Origin: the human T2T-CHM13v2.0 reference genome, Homo sapiens
Length of the DNA: 64,000 bases
Assembly: GCF_009914755.1 (NCBI RefSeq)
Contig: NC_060928.1
Strand: one strand, 5' to 3'
In this document: piece by piece, positions 1 through 13,129 of the stretch
How the letters are laid out: every line of letters begins with the position of its first letter
Position numbering within the stretch: the first letter of the stretch is position 1
Notes under the pieces: model-generated
The model's database searches: none
What the model was told of the DNA's origin: nothing
What the model saw: only the letters and a program-made list of their open reading frames with translations
Position numbers and translations under genes: made by a program

Positions 1-604
1 GATGGGTTTCCTTGAGTCCCGCTGCCTGCGCTCTGCGGTGTTTGTGCTTATCTGGGATTACGCTTTTCTGTGCTTGTGTGTCAGCCTCCATGGGATATTG
101 GGGACCTCCTCAAAGGATTATATGGGGCCATTTCAGCCGACCAACAGAAAATCCCAGCAGGTTGCAGATGAGAAAAAAAAAATCCCCCTTTAAATTGGCA
201 GAGCAGCTAGGAAAGCGCCGAGGCTTTCATTTGGGGGCTTTTAAGCACCACATGAGCCCTGAGCTTCTCCCCTTTATACTTGAAAAAGATACGCTTCGAG
301 TTTGGCTCTCTCGACAAAGCCCCTTTCATTTTATTCAAGTCTCTGTTGTTTATGGCGGCCTTGCCTGGTCATTATTTTTGTGGGCTCCCCCAACTACCCA
401 CTTTCATCCACAGCTGCTGCTCTAATTATTATTATTTTTTTTAACAAATCCAGGCTGGATCTGGGCACGCTGGTATTTTGGAACCAAATAGGCCGGTTCT
501 ACAGTTGACTTACTCGCCCTGGTGACTGCAGTAATGAGCTTAGGCTCTGAGCGTTGGTGTCCTCATTCAAGAAACGGGAGAAAGTCTCAGTGGACAGCAT
601 GACC

Positions 605-960
605 AGTGCTCACCAGCACCCAGCTCCCTTCTTTCTGGCTATCTGAACAACCGTCTTCCCCAGCCCCCTTACAGCAAGGCATGGCCATGTGACTAGCTCT
701 GGCCAGTGCCACGGGGGAGTCAGTGGTGACAGTCACTTCAGGCTAGGACCATGAAAAGTCCACATGCAAATCTGCGGTCTCTCCCCGTCTCAACAACTGA
801 GATGGAGCTTCTGTTACATGGGGTCCCCGAATGACTGTGTGGAGCAGGGCTGTGCCAACCCACTATGGACAAATAGCATGAGTGAGACAGAAGCCATTGT
901 GGTGATGGGTTGCTGGGACTTCAGGGTGGATTGGCAGCAAAACCTAGCCTATGCATTCTC
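605..960 (+). mobile_element. MLT1J/K-like MaLR LTR
   Basis: Resembles recalled MLT1 consensus: ggccatgtgactagctctggccagtg…gcatgagtgagacagaagcc…gcagcaaaacctagccta. Confidence 0.55.
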
Positions 961-1129
961 AAATGTAATCCCTACCTCACAACATTGAGATTTGTTGAAT
1001 GATTGAATGAATGAATGAATGAATGACATAAACCACCAACCAGAATGCCTGGCTCATAGTAGTTGTAAAGCAAATGCTAATAATTTCTCCACTTGAAGGT
1101 GCATGCTATGGAGGTGCTGCTTGGGTTAA

Positions 1130-1590
1130 TCTACTGCTGTGTGTGTGACAACGTATCCCAAACCCTACTGGCTTGAAACACCAATTTATTGTTAAAACCT
1201 ATATAATTTATGGGTTGATAGGGCTCAGCCAGAAGGCTTTTGCTTGGGGTCTCACATATGGCGGCAGTCAGGAGGTTGAGGTTGCAGTGAGCCATGATCG
1301 CACCCCTGCACTCCAGCCTGGACAACAGAGCAAGGCCCTGTTTCAAAAAACAAACAAACAAAACCAACAGGGTCAGGTAGAAGTGCAAGGCTTCTTATGG
1401 CCAGTGGAGCCTCGGGAGTCCCAGGGCATCACTTTCTGCTGCAATCTTTTGGCCAAAGAAGTAGCTAAGATCAGCCTAGAATCTGGAATGGAAATAGACT
1501 CTGCTGTTTAACAGGGGAGCAGCCAGGTCACCTGCAGCAGAGCAGGTGAGGCGGGAGGTACTGTTGCAGTCTTCATTGGAAAGCAGGCTG
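1130..1590 (-). mobile_element. MLT1 LTR interrupted by a 5'-truncated Alu (+ strand, ~1270-1365)
   Basis: MLT1-like ggcttgaaacaccaatttatt…gcatcactttctgctgcaatcttttggccaaag. Embedded Alu 3' end gaggttgcagtgagccatgatcgcacc…aaacaaac. Confidence 0.6.
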
Positions 1591-3079
1591 TGACAGGTGC
1601 CTGCAGTCAAAGGGCAGGACCGCCTCCTGGCAGAGGGACTGTCCATCTAGAAAGGGCCATGAGAGACCCGGATGTCCTGCTCCCCTTCCAAGGCCCTTCC
1701 TCCCCTGTCCCCACACTCTCACGTTCCAGGCAGTGGCTCTTCCGTCTTCGTGCCTGGCCGAGCCTCAGTGGCTGCTGTGTTCCAGGTGGTGCTGCTGCTG
1801 CTCAGAGCCCAGCCGAAACCTGGCCAACCTGGGGGCGGGGGTGGGGGCGGCCCCAGGCGGGTAATGGGAAGCCGGAGCAGATGTTGGCAGTTACAGGCAG
1901 GGGTGCCGCTTGCCAGCCAGCACAGGACCACTGCAGCTGAGCGGCTGTAACTTACTTTACAGAAATTGCCCAATTTCGAATGAATAATATTGTCATTATG
2001 GTTAAACTCATCAACTCCGGCGATACCTCTGCCCCTCTCGGGAGCCCTGGCAGAAGAAGGCGCTACTCGGAGACTCATTAGTCATCAACCAAAGTGCTCT
2101 TGTTATGGGAAATGAAGACCAAATGGGCATTTATTGAAATCCATCCTGACACCCTCCACTGGGAGGCCATTTTTAGTTAGTTCATTTATTGAGCCTCTCT
2201 TGAGCACGTCTGTCTGCCAGGACCTGGGCTAGGTCTGGTGATACCAAAATGAAAGCACCCAATTCCTGCCCTCACAATGCCCCCAGGCTCTAGAGGAATA
2301 AACAACACAGTGAAGGGTGGACTAGGCTGTCAGGGCGAGAGCTGGTACTCTGCCCCCTGCTGCCTCGGGAAGTGCTCTGGCCTCGGTGTATTCCTGTCTG
2401 TAGGATGAGGGCCATCAGCTACCTCTGCGGCTGTGGCAGGTCCCGCGATCATAAAAGCTTGTCACCTGCCACGGTGTGTGCCACAGTGTCTGCAAGTGGC
2501 CTGGAGTGGGAAATAACGGGAATGCAACTTTTGGAAATTACAGAATGGATGGAGGTCTTTCCCTCTCCCTCAGCACACACACATAGCCAGCAGGCAGCTG
2601 CCGCCCGAGGAAGGGTAAGCTTCTTGCTTGGCTGGAAGCCCCGGGTGGGCCTGCTCTCCTCCTTGGCACTGTCCTGCCTGCTCCAGGGTGGGTGTGAGAT
2701 CAGAGATTCATAGGATGGGACCCACAGCAAACAGACCTGCCCAGGGCGCATCCTGGCTCTAGGACTCTGGGCTCAGTGCCCTTCCTCCTTCTCTCCCTCC
2801 CTTCCTAATTTAGGAAGCCCCTAATTTACAGTGTCAAGAGGGGCTTCCTCTTCAACTCTGGCCACACACAGGTGTTTGGGGCAGAGTCTTAGTGTCTATG
2901 AGTGGGTGTCTTGGAGTTCAACATCTGGGTCTGGACCACGCTTCCACCGCTGTTCAATGCTCATCCACGATGGGGCGAGGGTCACAGCCTCGGTGTGCCT
3001 CAATTTCCTCATCTGTAAACCAGCATAATAGTAGCAGCAAATCCATTGATTGGCTCTGAACTTGAGGTGGTGCCTCAAC

Positions 3080-3855
3080 TGCGTTTACTCACAACACTCT
3101 GATACCAAAATGTCTTTTGCAACACGTCTCCACCTCTGCAATGCCAGCTGGGTGTCCCACAGCTCAGTTCAATTCTGACACCATCCACCTTGACTTACTA
3201 TCAGATCCAGGCTCGGTCCCCCATGACTGTTCCCGCTGCAGATGCCAGTCACAAGTCCAGGCTGGCACTTCTGCTGGATTGGGTCAAAACTCAGGGGGTT
3301 TCACGGCCTCCTCCTCGTGTGTAGTAATTCGCCACACAGAACTCAGGAGAGCAGTTTCCTTGCTATTACCGGTTTATTATGGATACAACTCAGCAACAGA
3401 GGAAGAGAGGCACGAGGCAGGGCATGGGGTGAAAGCTGCCACATCCTCTCCAGCCGTGCCACCCTCGAAGCACATCTGTGTTCACCAACCCAGAAGCTCT
3501 CCAACCCCCTCATCTAGGGGGTTTGTGGGGGCTTCATTACGTAGGCACGGTGGATTAAGTCACTGGCCATTGGTGACTAACTCCATCTCCAACCCCTCTT
3601 CCCTCCCCAGAGGTCAGGGGTTAGGGCTGAAAGCCCCAAAACTCTAACCCTGCCTTGGTCCTTCTGGGTACCAATCCCCATCCCAAAGCTGTCTCCACCA
3701 CTCCCCACCCCCGCCCCGCACCAGCCATCTCATTACCATACGAAAGACGTTCTTGTCACTCTTGTCACTCTGGAGATTCCAAGGGTCCTAGGAGCTGTGT
3801 GCCAGGAACCGGGACAGAGACCAGAGACCAAATATCTATTTCTTCTTTTGCCACA
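3080..3855 (-). mobile_element. MER21-family ERVL LTR
   Basis: Recalled MER21 motifs: ctgggtgtcccacagctcagttcaattctgacacc, cagatgccagtcacaagtcc, gaactcaggaga…ttaccggtttatta, gccaggaaccgggacagagaccagagaccaaatat. Confidence 0.75.
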
Positions 3856-5288
3856 GGCCAGGGATGTCCTGTGCACAGGGCCTGGCACTTACTCAGTGTT
3901 CATTTCAGATTTGCTGCCCTGGTTCTGTGATTTCATCAACCTGGATGGGTAGGGACAGTGGTTCTGACTCTAGTATTAATGCATTAAGAATGTTTCTCAA
4001 GCACTTTCTAGGCACCAGGCACCGTCACCTGAATATTCTGTGGTGGACAAGCCCGACGCGGACTCTGACCTCAGTGGGGCTCGTGGTCTGGGGTCTGCAG
4101 TCCCCTGGCCCCATGGGGAATGGGAACATGCCTGACAGCTGCTCTTTCCCTTTCCCCAGCCTGCATTCCTGCCACGGCAACCCGCGGTTTCTCATTGAGA
4201 CTGCATCCTCACAAACCATGGTTCTAGCTGGCGTGAGGCAGCACTCATCCTCACAAATTTGACTCAGCATCCTGTTGTGTCTTTGGATCCAGTGTCTGCT
4301 GCTATCGGAAGACATAAGACAATGCCACACTGTGTGAGGCAGAAATAAGTATACGATAGAATAGATTTGTGAGCCTTGTATAGAGATATGCAATCTAGGA
4401 TGTCCAAAAATAGGGAAGAGAGCTTTGAGGATTCCGGTGAGATTCACAATGGCCAGCTTGGCTGGCATGGTAGACGGTGTGGTTAGCGGCTCCCCTCTGC
4501 AAAGAGAGCTTCATTTTCTGGTTGAAGTGCCGACAGTGTGCTTTTGACTCATGCTGCTTTTTATAGGGACTCGCTAGACCTGCATGTCAGATTCTGTCTG
4601 CAAAGTGCCCTTCAGGTGCCAAGACTCCATTTTTTGACTCAGGGAAAATGCTGTTTAATTAGCAGGCTCAAAAAGATACCCAATTATGAGTTAAATTGGG
4701 CTAGAAGAAACTGTTCTTTCAAAATTTATCTCCTTTCGTGCTAAAACCCATTTCCATCCCCTTCAGACAAGCTAGTTAATTTCTTTTAACGTAATTTGCA
4801 AAGGACATTCCAGGAGAAATCTGCGTTCCTTTGGAAATCGGTCAAGAGCCAGCTTCCTTTAGCACCTCCTGGCAGGGCGAGGGTGGAAGTTTCTCCATTG
4901 GGCACCCAGGGCTCTCTGTTCTCTGAGCACCCACCAGGTACCCTTGAGGTGCAAGGGGCTTTCATGTTTCAGGAAATGGAGCCTAGGAGGGGCTTGGACT
5001 GCTCAGGCCACGCAGTGAGCAGGCAGAGGGACTTCAGTGGAGAGACCTAGAAAGCAGCCACATTCAGATCATGAAGGTCTCACAGGAAATCCTGGGGTTG
5101 GGGGTGAAAGAGTAAGGGGCTCAGCTCTTTGAATCTGGAAAAAGCTAAGCAGAAAACCACCAAGAGCCATGATGCGGTTGTGCAATCGTGAAAGTGCCAC
5201 CTCTCTGTGCCTGGGGGCTGGCTTCCTCCGTGAGATAAAAAATCAATGCAGGCTTAGGTAAGGAAAGACTTGAAAAGACTGTTGAAAT

Positions 5289-5931
5289 AAGGGAGGAGGC
5301 TATTGCAATAGGGGAGGGGACTATCCAATAGGGGAGGGGGTTATGGTAGTAGGGGAGGGGCTATTACAATGGAAGAGGGGGCTATTGCAATAGGGAAGGA
5401 GGCTATTGCAATAGGGAAGGAGGCTACGCAATAGGGGGAGGGACTACGCAATAGAGGAGGGGCGATTGCAATCGGAGATGGGGCTCTTGCAATGGGGAAG
5501 GGACTGTTGTAATAGGGAAGGGGACTATTGAAATGAGAGAGGGGGCTGTGCAATAGGAGAGGCTGTGCAATAGAGGAGGGGCTGTTGCAATAGGAGAGGG
5601 CTATTGCAGTGGGGAGGAGGTTACTGCAATAGGGAAGAGGACTATCGCAATAGGAGGGGGCTATTGCAATAGGGGAGGGGGACATGCAATGAGAGGTTAC
5701 ACAATGGCGGGGGGCTATTGCAATAGGGAAGGAGCTGTTGCAATAGGGGAAGGGGCTGTTGCAATAAGGGAGGGGCTTTTGCAACTGGGGCAGGTGGTTA
5801 TTGTTAAAGGGAAGGGGGCTATTGTAATGGGAGGGGGCTCTGCCATAGAGGGAGGGGCTACACAATGGGAAGGAGGATATTGCAAGGGGGGAGAGGCTAT
5901 TGCAATGGAAGAGGGGGCTATTGCAGTAAGA
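5289..5931. repeat. G-rich minisatellite, ~20-21-bp unit (GGGGCTATTGCAATAGGGGAG-like), roughly 30 diverged copies
   Basis: Directly visible periodic ctattgcaata cores separated by purine runs. Confidence 0.92.
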
Positions 5932-6138
5932 GGAACATTCGACATTGAGATCTATAAGCAGCTCAAAGGTCAGGCAGAAAGGAGTTTTCTTTCATTGGGA
6001 AGCAAAAGCTCCGTGGAACTGGTGAGGGAGGAGGGGTGAGAGCTGCGTTCTGCTCTGTGGTCAGCGGATTCCCAGGAAGGGCCATTGAGGAGGGGAACTG
6101 GTGTCCAGGATGGTCAGTGGGGATGACAGTTCAGCTAA

Positions 6139-6444
<306 letters not shown>

Positions 6445-7990
6445 AGCTAAGCTTTTATGAAACAGAGTGAGGAGGTGGAGGGCTGGGGCTGGCTTTGTCC
6501 TAGGCTGCCCGATGATGCCCCAGAGAGGTTCCGTGCTTCTGAGAGGCAGGGGCTTCTGAGGGGCTCACCTTGCTGCCAAAGCAATAAGGTCACAGTGGGG
6601 ACATGTCTTTATCTAGTCCCTGCATTGATGTAGGAGCTGATTAGCCCCTTCTCCCTCCGCTGTGATCATGTGTCACAACTCCACATGTGGGAAACTCCTC
6701 CTATGGGTGGATGGATAGATGTCCATGAAAAACTCCTACCTTGGGCAAGGCATGGCGGCTGTGTGGGGGGCAATGCAGGAGGCATGGGAAGAGGAGGCGG
6801 GTGGTGGCTGTGTGCCCCTCGCTTGTGCTTTTCTGCCATAGAAACCTCCTTCTTGCCAATCTTACCTAAGCTTTCCCCATGAAAACCTCACGCAATGGCT
6901 TCTGTCTTCCAATAGACATAATATTCTTCAACCTCCAGAAGTGCAGTCCAAAGGCCACCATAATCCACACATAAGGTGATGGTGTTGGGGGTGGGGACAG
7001 GGGCTGTGTTCTCCCCCCCAGGCTGTGCTCATGCTGAGCTCTGTGTCCTATGGTTAAGGTGTCACTGCCGCAGCACGAGGAGCCCTGCAGTGTGCCATGG
7101 GGGCCTTGCTGGCCACAGCCTGGCTGTTGTTTTCCATTGCACGGTGCCGATGCCCTTGCAGGCGGCAGGGTTGAAGCAAGGGCTCTTGAGGAGGCAGCCG
7201 GGAGAAGTGGGCCGATGAGAGGTTGCTTGCCTGAGTGGAGCCTTGTTGAGACCCATCCTCCAAGAACACAAGGGCTGTTAAGTCAAGAGGGAACAAGTCC
7301 TTCCTTCCGCAGGCTTCTCATGGCCGCCCTGCAAGACGGCGGCCCCAGCTCACCCGAGATCTCCACAGCTCTTGAGTTCCTGAGTGAAGTCAGCCTGACC
7401 CCAGAAGGCCCCTTCTGCCCTTCAGCCTCTGCTCCCCTGCCAGCCAGGACTGGGAGCCAACTGGTGTGGTCTCCCCTAGAGCACGGGTGAGGACTGAAGT
7501 GGCGGTGATCCACGTGCCAGGCACTTGGCACGGGTGCTTCTCTGCAGCCTCAGAAACAGCACCGTCCCCCGCCAAGCCCGGTGTGCTCCGTGCAGATGTT
7601 GATCTTTGGGAGACAGGTTTAGGAGGTGGTGCTGTCATGCAGAGACGGGTGGCCGCTGGTGCCTTCAAAGGGGAAGTTGGATAACCCCAGGCCCCATGCC
7701 TGGATCACGAAGCCAGCTCCTGACACCACGAACACCTTGGCTGCTGTTGACGTCTGTCCCTGCTTCCCTGCAAACTGCACACGTGTCCCACACACCCGGT
7801 TCCATTCAGGTGTCTCTTCCTGTGATTCTGGCACAGCGGGGGCAGGTCTCGCCTCCCTCTGAGTGTCCCTGGAATACAGCATGGATGACGAGGGGCTGTG
7901 AGAGGTGAAATTGCAGGGCAGGTGTGGGCTGGGTGTGCAGGGCGTGGGATCTTTGCCCTAGAGCTTCATCCTAAGAGCTGTGGGGTGGGT

Positions 7991-8324
<334 letters not shown>

Positions 8325-8384
8325 TAAAAGCATGAGGGTGTTTGTGTAACCCTCTTTCTTTAGCTTCTAATTTGATCAAAGGTG

Positions 8385-8502
8385 GAACCAGCTGCTGTCA
8401 CAGCTTACCACAAGCTTAGGGGCTTGAAACAACACGCATTTATCTTACCATGCTGGAGTCAGTTGTCCAAAATGGGTGTCACTGGGCCAAAATCAAGGTG
8501 TC
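8385..8502 (-). mobile_element. MLT1C/D LTR fragment
   Basis: ttaccacaagcttaggggcttgaaacaacacgcatttatctt…ctgggccaaaatcaaggtgtc matches the recalled MLT1D terminus. Confidence 0.65.
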
Positions 8503-8818
8503 GCTGCTACAGTACGAGGAACCCCCACAGCGTGGAGGCTTCCCTCTAGAAGCAGTGATCCACATGCCAGGCGCTTGGCACGAGTGCTTCTGTGCAGCCT
8601 CAGAAACAGCACCGTCCCCACCCAAGCCCGCTGTGCTCTGCGTGGATGTTGATCGCGGGAGACAGGTTTAGGAGGGGCCACACCAATCGGCTCCCAGTCC
8701 CGGCTGGCAGGGGAGGCAGAGGCCTGGGTTGCACCTGTGCTCCTCTGGGGAAACCTGGGAGCATTGCTAACCCGGGGTCCGGTAGAGGGAATTCCTAGCC
8801 TGGCGTTTTTAGATTACG

Positions 8819-8824
8819 ATATAC

Positions 8825-8872
<48 letters not shown>
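8819..8872. repeat. (AT)n(AC)n compound microsatellite
   Basis: Short AT run followed by ~19 AC units. Confidence 0.95.
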
Positions 8873-8874
<2 letters not shown>

Positions 8875-9099
8875 TTAAAATGCTATATATTATGTATTTC
8901 TTGTAAATCAAATCGTTCTGTCATTATATTAGCAACTTTTATCTCCCTAGCAAATATTTTGTCTTCAAATCTCTTTCGTATGAGACTTATGGAGATACAC
9001 TAGTTTACTTTGTTAGTTTTTGCCTGGTATAACTTTCCCTATCTTTTCAGTTTTAATGTTCCTCTGTCCTTATATTTTAGGGTTTGCTCTAATTAACAG

Positions 9100-9288
9100 C
9101 CCAGGCTGGTGGGCAATGGCATGGTCTCAGCTCACTGCAACCTCCATCTCCCGGGTTCAAGTGATCCTCCTGCCTCAGCCTCCTGAGTAGCTGGGATTAC
9201 AGGTGCCTGCCACCATGCCTGGCTAATTTTTGTATTTTTAGCAGGAACAGGGTTTCGCCGTGTTTCCTGGTCTCGAACTCCTGACCTA
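9100..9288 (-). mobile_element. Alu fragment (AluS-like)
   Basis: gcccaggctgg…ctcactgcaacctcc…gtagctgggattacagg…ctcgaactcctgacct. Confidence 0.85.
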
Positions 9289-9486
9289 GTCTTTTAGTTT
9301 TATCCTAGAAGTTTTAATAGACTGCTTAATGAAGTTTGGAGTGAATAAGTATCTTTATCTTCCTCTTAAATAATGCAAAGGCCTCCCTTAGGATATTTTA
9401 ACTCCAAAAAACCAGCCTTGATTTAGATGCTGTTTTGCCTAGGATTTTAGTTGTATCTTTTTTTAAACTCCCCAAATTAAACCTCA

Positions 9487-9826
9487 TTTTTTTTTTTAAG
9501 TTATCAAGCAATATCTTTATTCAAACAGTAGTAGTGCAACTTAAACATTTGTAGAACTCTTTTAAGGTTGTTTTTCACTAGATAGTGAGCTATTCAAAAA
9601 AGCAGGGTCATTATTATACTCTCTACATTTTAACCTCATATGTTTAGCTGGGTATGGTGCTGCATGCCCGTAGTCCCAGCTACTCAGGAGGCTGAGGTGG
9701 GAGGATTGCTTTAGCTAAGGAGCCACAGGTTGCAGCGAGCTGAGATCACACCACTGCACTCTAGCCTGGGCGACAAAGCAAGACTCTCTCAAAAAAAAAA
9801 AAAAAAAAAAAAAAGTTTAACATAGC
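9487..9826 (-). mobile_element. Probable SVA 3'-transduced segment with second poly(A) signal and tail
   Basis: T11 at 9487-9497 and AATAAA on the minus strand (tttatt 9516-9521) 18 nt from it. Near-TSD taaacctcatt (9478-9488) / taaacgtcatt (11385-11395). Confidence 0.75.
9646..9814 (+). mobile_element. Alu monomer (FLAM/FRAM-like) with A-tail, inside the transduced segment
   Basis: gctgggtatggtg…tagtcccagctactcaggaggctgagg…gcctgggcgacaaagcaagactc followed by an A-run. Confidence 0.85.
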
Positions 9827-11384
9827 TTTGTTTTTTGTTTGTTTGTTTGTTTTTTTTAGTATTTATTGATCATTCTTGGGTGTTTCTCGGAGAGGGGGAT
9901 TTGGCAGGGTCATAGGACAATAGTGGAGGGAAGGTCAGCAGATAAACATGTGAACAAAGGTCTCTGGTTTTCCTAGGCGGAGGACCCTGCCGCCTTCCGC
10001 AGTGTTTGTGTCCCTGAGTATGTGAGATTAGGGAGCGGTGATGACTCTTAACGAGCATGCTGCCTTCAAGCATCTGTTTAACAAAGCACATCTTGCACCG
10101 CCCTTAATCCATCTAACCCTGAGTGGACACAGCACATGTTTCAGAGAGCACGGGGTTGGGGGTAAGGCCATAGATTAACAGCATCCCAAGGCAGAAGAAT
10201 TTTTCTTAGTACAGAACAAAATGGAGTCTCCCATGTCTACTTCTTTCTACACAGACACAGCAACAATCTGGTTTCTCTTTCCTTTCCCCACACTTCCCCC
10301 ACTTCCACTCGACAAAACCGCCATCGTCATCATGGCCCGTTCTCAATGGGCTGCTGGGTACACCTCCCAGACGGGGTGGCTGCCGGGCAGAGGGGCCCTC
10401 ACCTCCCAGACGGGGTGGCCAGGCAGAGGCGCCCCCCACCTCCCTCCCGGACGGGGTGGCTGGCCGGGCGGGGGCTGTCCCCCACCTCCTGGAGGGGGCG
10501 GCTGCTGGGCGGAGACGCTCCTCACTTCCCAGACGGGGCGGCTGCTGGGCGGAGGGGCTCCTCACTTCTCAGACGGGGCGGCCGGGCAGAGACACTCCTC
10601 AGTTCCCAGACAGGGTCGCGGCCAGGCAGAGGCGCTCCTCACATCCCAGACGGGGCGGCGGGGCAGAGGCGCTCCCCACATCTCAGACGATGGGCGGCCG
10701 GGCAGAGACGCTCCTCACTTCCTAGATGGGATGGCGGCGGCCGGGAAGAGGCGCTCCTCACTTCCTTGACGGGATGACTGCCGGGAAGAGGCGCTCCTCA
10801 CTTCCTTGACGGGATGACTGCCGGGAAGAGGCACTCCTCACTTCCCAGGCTGGGCGGCCGGGCAGAGGGGCTCCTCACATCCCAGACGATGGGCGGCCAG
10901 GCAGAGACGCTCCTCACTTCCCAGACGGGGTGGCGGCCGGGCAGAGGCTGCAATCTCGGCACTTTGGGAGGCCAAGGCAGGCGGCTGGGAGGTGGAGGTT
11001 GTAGCCAACCGAGATCACGCCACTGCACTCCAGCCTGGGCAACATTGAGCACTGAGTGAGCGAGACTCCGTCTGCAATCCCGGCACCTCGGGAGGCCGAA
11101 GCTGGCAGATCACTCGCGGTCAGGAGCTGGAGACCAGCCCGACCAACATGGCAAAACCCCGTCTCCACCAAAAAAATACAAAAACCAGTCAGGCGTGGTG
11201 GTGTGCGCCTGCAATCGCAGGCACTCCGCAGGCTGAGGCAGGAGAATCAGGCAGGGAGGTTGCAGTGAGCAGAGATGGCGGCACTACAGTTCAGCCTCCG
11301 CTCGGCATCAGAGGGAGACCATGGAGAGAGAGGGAGAGGGAGACCATGGAAAGAGAGGGGGAGGGGGAGGGGGAGAGGGAGAGC
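9827..11384 (-). mobile_element. SVA retrotransposon, essentially full length, antisense to SORCS2 (older SVA_B/C-like)
   Basis: On the minus strand: CCCTCT-type hexamer head (~11325-11384), Alu-like domain (~10950-11310), GC-rich VNTR (~10360-10950), SINE-R (~9860-10350) with AATAAA (tttatt 9862-9867) and an interrupted A-tail (9827-9857). Subfamily judged from recalled diagnostics (atagattaacagcatcc, atggagtctcc). Confidence 0.95.
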
Positions 11385-12149
11385 TAAACGTCATTATTAT
11401 TGATTTGTAACTCAGTGTTTGTTTAGATCACTCCATATTTCCTAACACCTTTTCTCCCTGTTCCTTCTTGCATGCAGATCTTTCTGTAAAAGTTTCCTTT
11501 AACTTTTGAAATTGATTGTAATGAGGTTCTGAAATGGCAAATCCTCTGTTCTGATTTGTGGACCGATTTTCTCCGTCTGTTTTCTGTGCTGTGATTCTTG
11601 GTTATGTCTTCAGCTGTACCATATCACTCAAGAATTCTCCCTGGCTTCCTTTGTTTTCAACCTCAATTATGATGTCCTTAATTTTTAGAAACAATATTTG
11701 GCTCATTTTCAGAGCTGTTTATTTTAAAGTCTTTGGTTCCTATTCATATTTTATTCTCACCTTTATTTCTTTAAACATGTGAACATCATTATCTGATAAG
11801 TCCAATATTTAAAGTCTTTGGGGGCCTAATTAATTCCTCTCTCTATTGTTTCTGTGGTTCTTGCTTACAGAGCCTCATTTCCTGGTATATTTTGTCATTT
11901 TTCATAGTGAGGTCATCATGCTCTTTGAAACCTGATCTGCGGGGATTCTCTGAGGCCTGGGTCACACCTGTGCTCCTCTGGGGGAATCCTGGGAGCATTG
12001 CTAACATGGGGTCTGGTAAAGGGAATTCCTAGCCTGGCGTTTTTAGATCTCACATGCAGCTGTAAGAAGGCTGCCTCGAGTTTACACATCTTTGGGAGAT
12101 ATTTTTAGTTTTAATAAATAAAAACTTACTAAGTTTTAGTAAAATTCAT

Positions 12150-12265
12150 ATGTGTGACTATGTTGCGTGTGACTCTGTTGTGTGTTTGTTGTGTGTTGTG
12201 TGTGACTTGTACGGTGTGTGTGACTGCTGTGTGTGTGTCGTGTGAGGCTCTGGTGTGTGTGTGTG
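12150..12265. repeat. Degenerate (TG)n tract
   Basis: Seen directly. Confidence 0.85.
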
Positions 12266-12335
12266 TACTTTTCTCCTCCTACCACAAACAAGGCAGAGAT
12301 GGGCAGGTCTCTGGCCACAGGGTGGCTTTAGGGAC

Positions 12336-12991
<656 letters not shown>

Positions 12992-13129
12992 AGGCCAGTT
13001 CATCCTTACAACAAAGATGTCACCCCCTGGGGTCCCAGCTTCAGGCAGAGGGATTCTTCTAAGCTGGCTCCTCTCCTTGGATTTGTCTCCTGACCCCTAC
13101 ACCCCATGCAGATGTCAAAAGAGAGTTTC

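Larger units (their letters stand above)
8875..12110 (-). mobile_element. Ancient L1 (L1ME-like) fragment interrupted by an Alu fragment and the SVA
   Basis: T-rich degenerate sequence at 8875-9095, 9290-9480 and 11390-12110. Removing the SVA insertion gives continuous L1M-like text (…aaactccccaaattaaacctcatt|attattgatttgtaactcagtgtttgtttagat…). Confidence 0.55.

Noticed and set aside
9815-9826. TSD immediately next to the SVA's own A-tail
   Set aside because: No match to the sequence after the hexamer head beyond a 4-bp agct. The better TSD is at 9478-9488.
9860-11330. CpG-rich stretch as a CpG-island promoter
   Set aside because: The CpG density is intrinsic to the SVA.
9870-11387. Overlapping ORFs of 60-182 aa on both strands
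   Set aside because: SVA VNTR, Alu-like and SINE-R sequence. SVA is non-coding.
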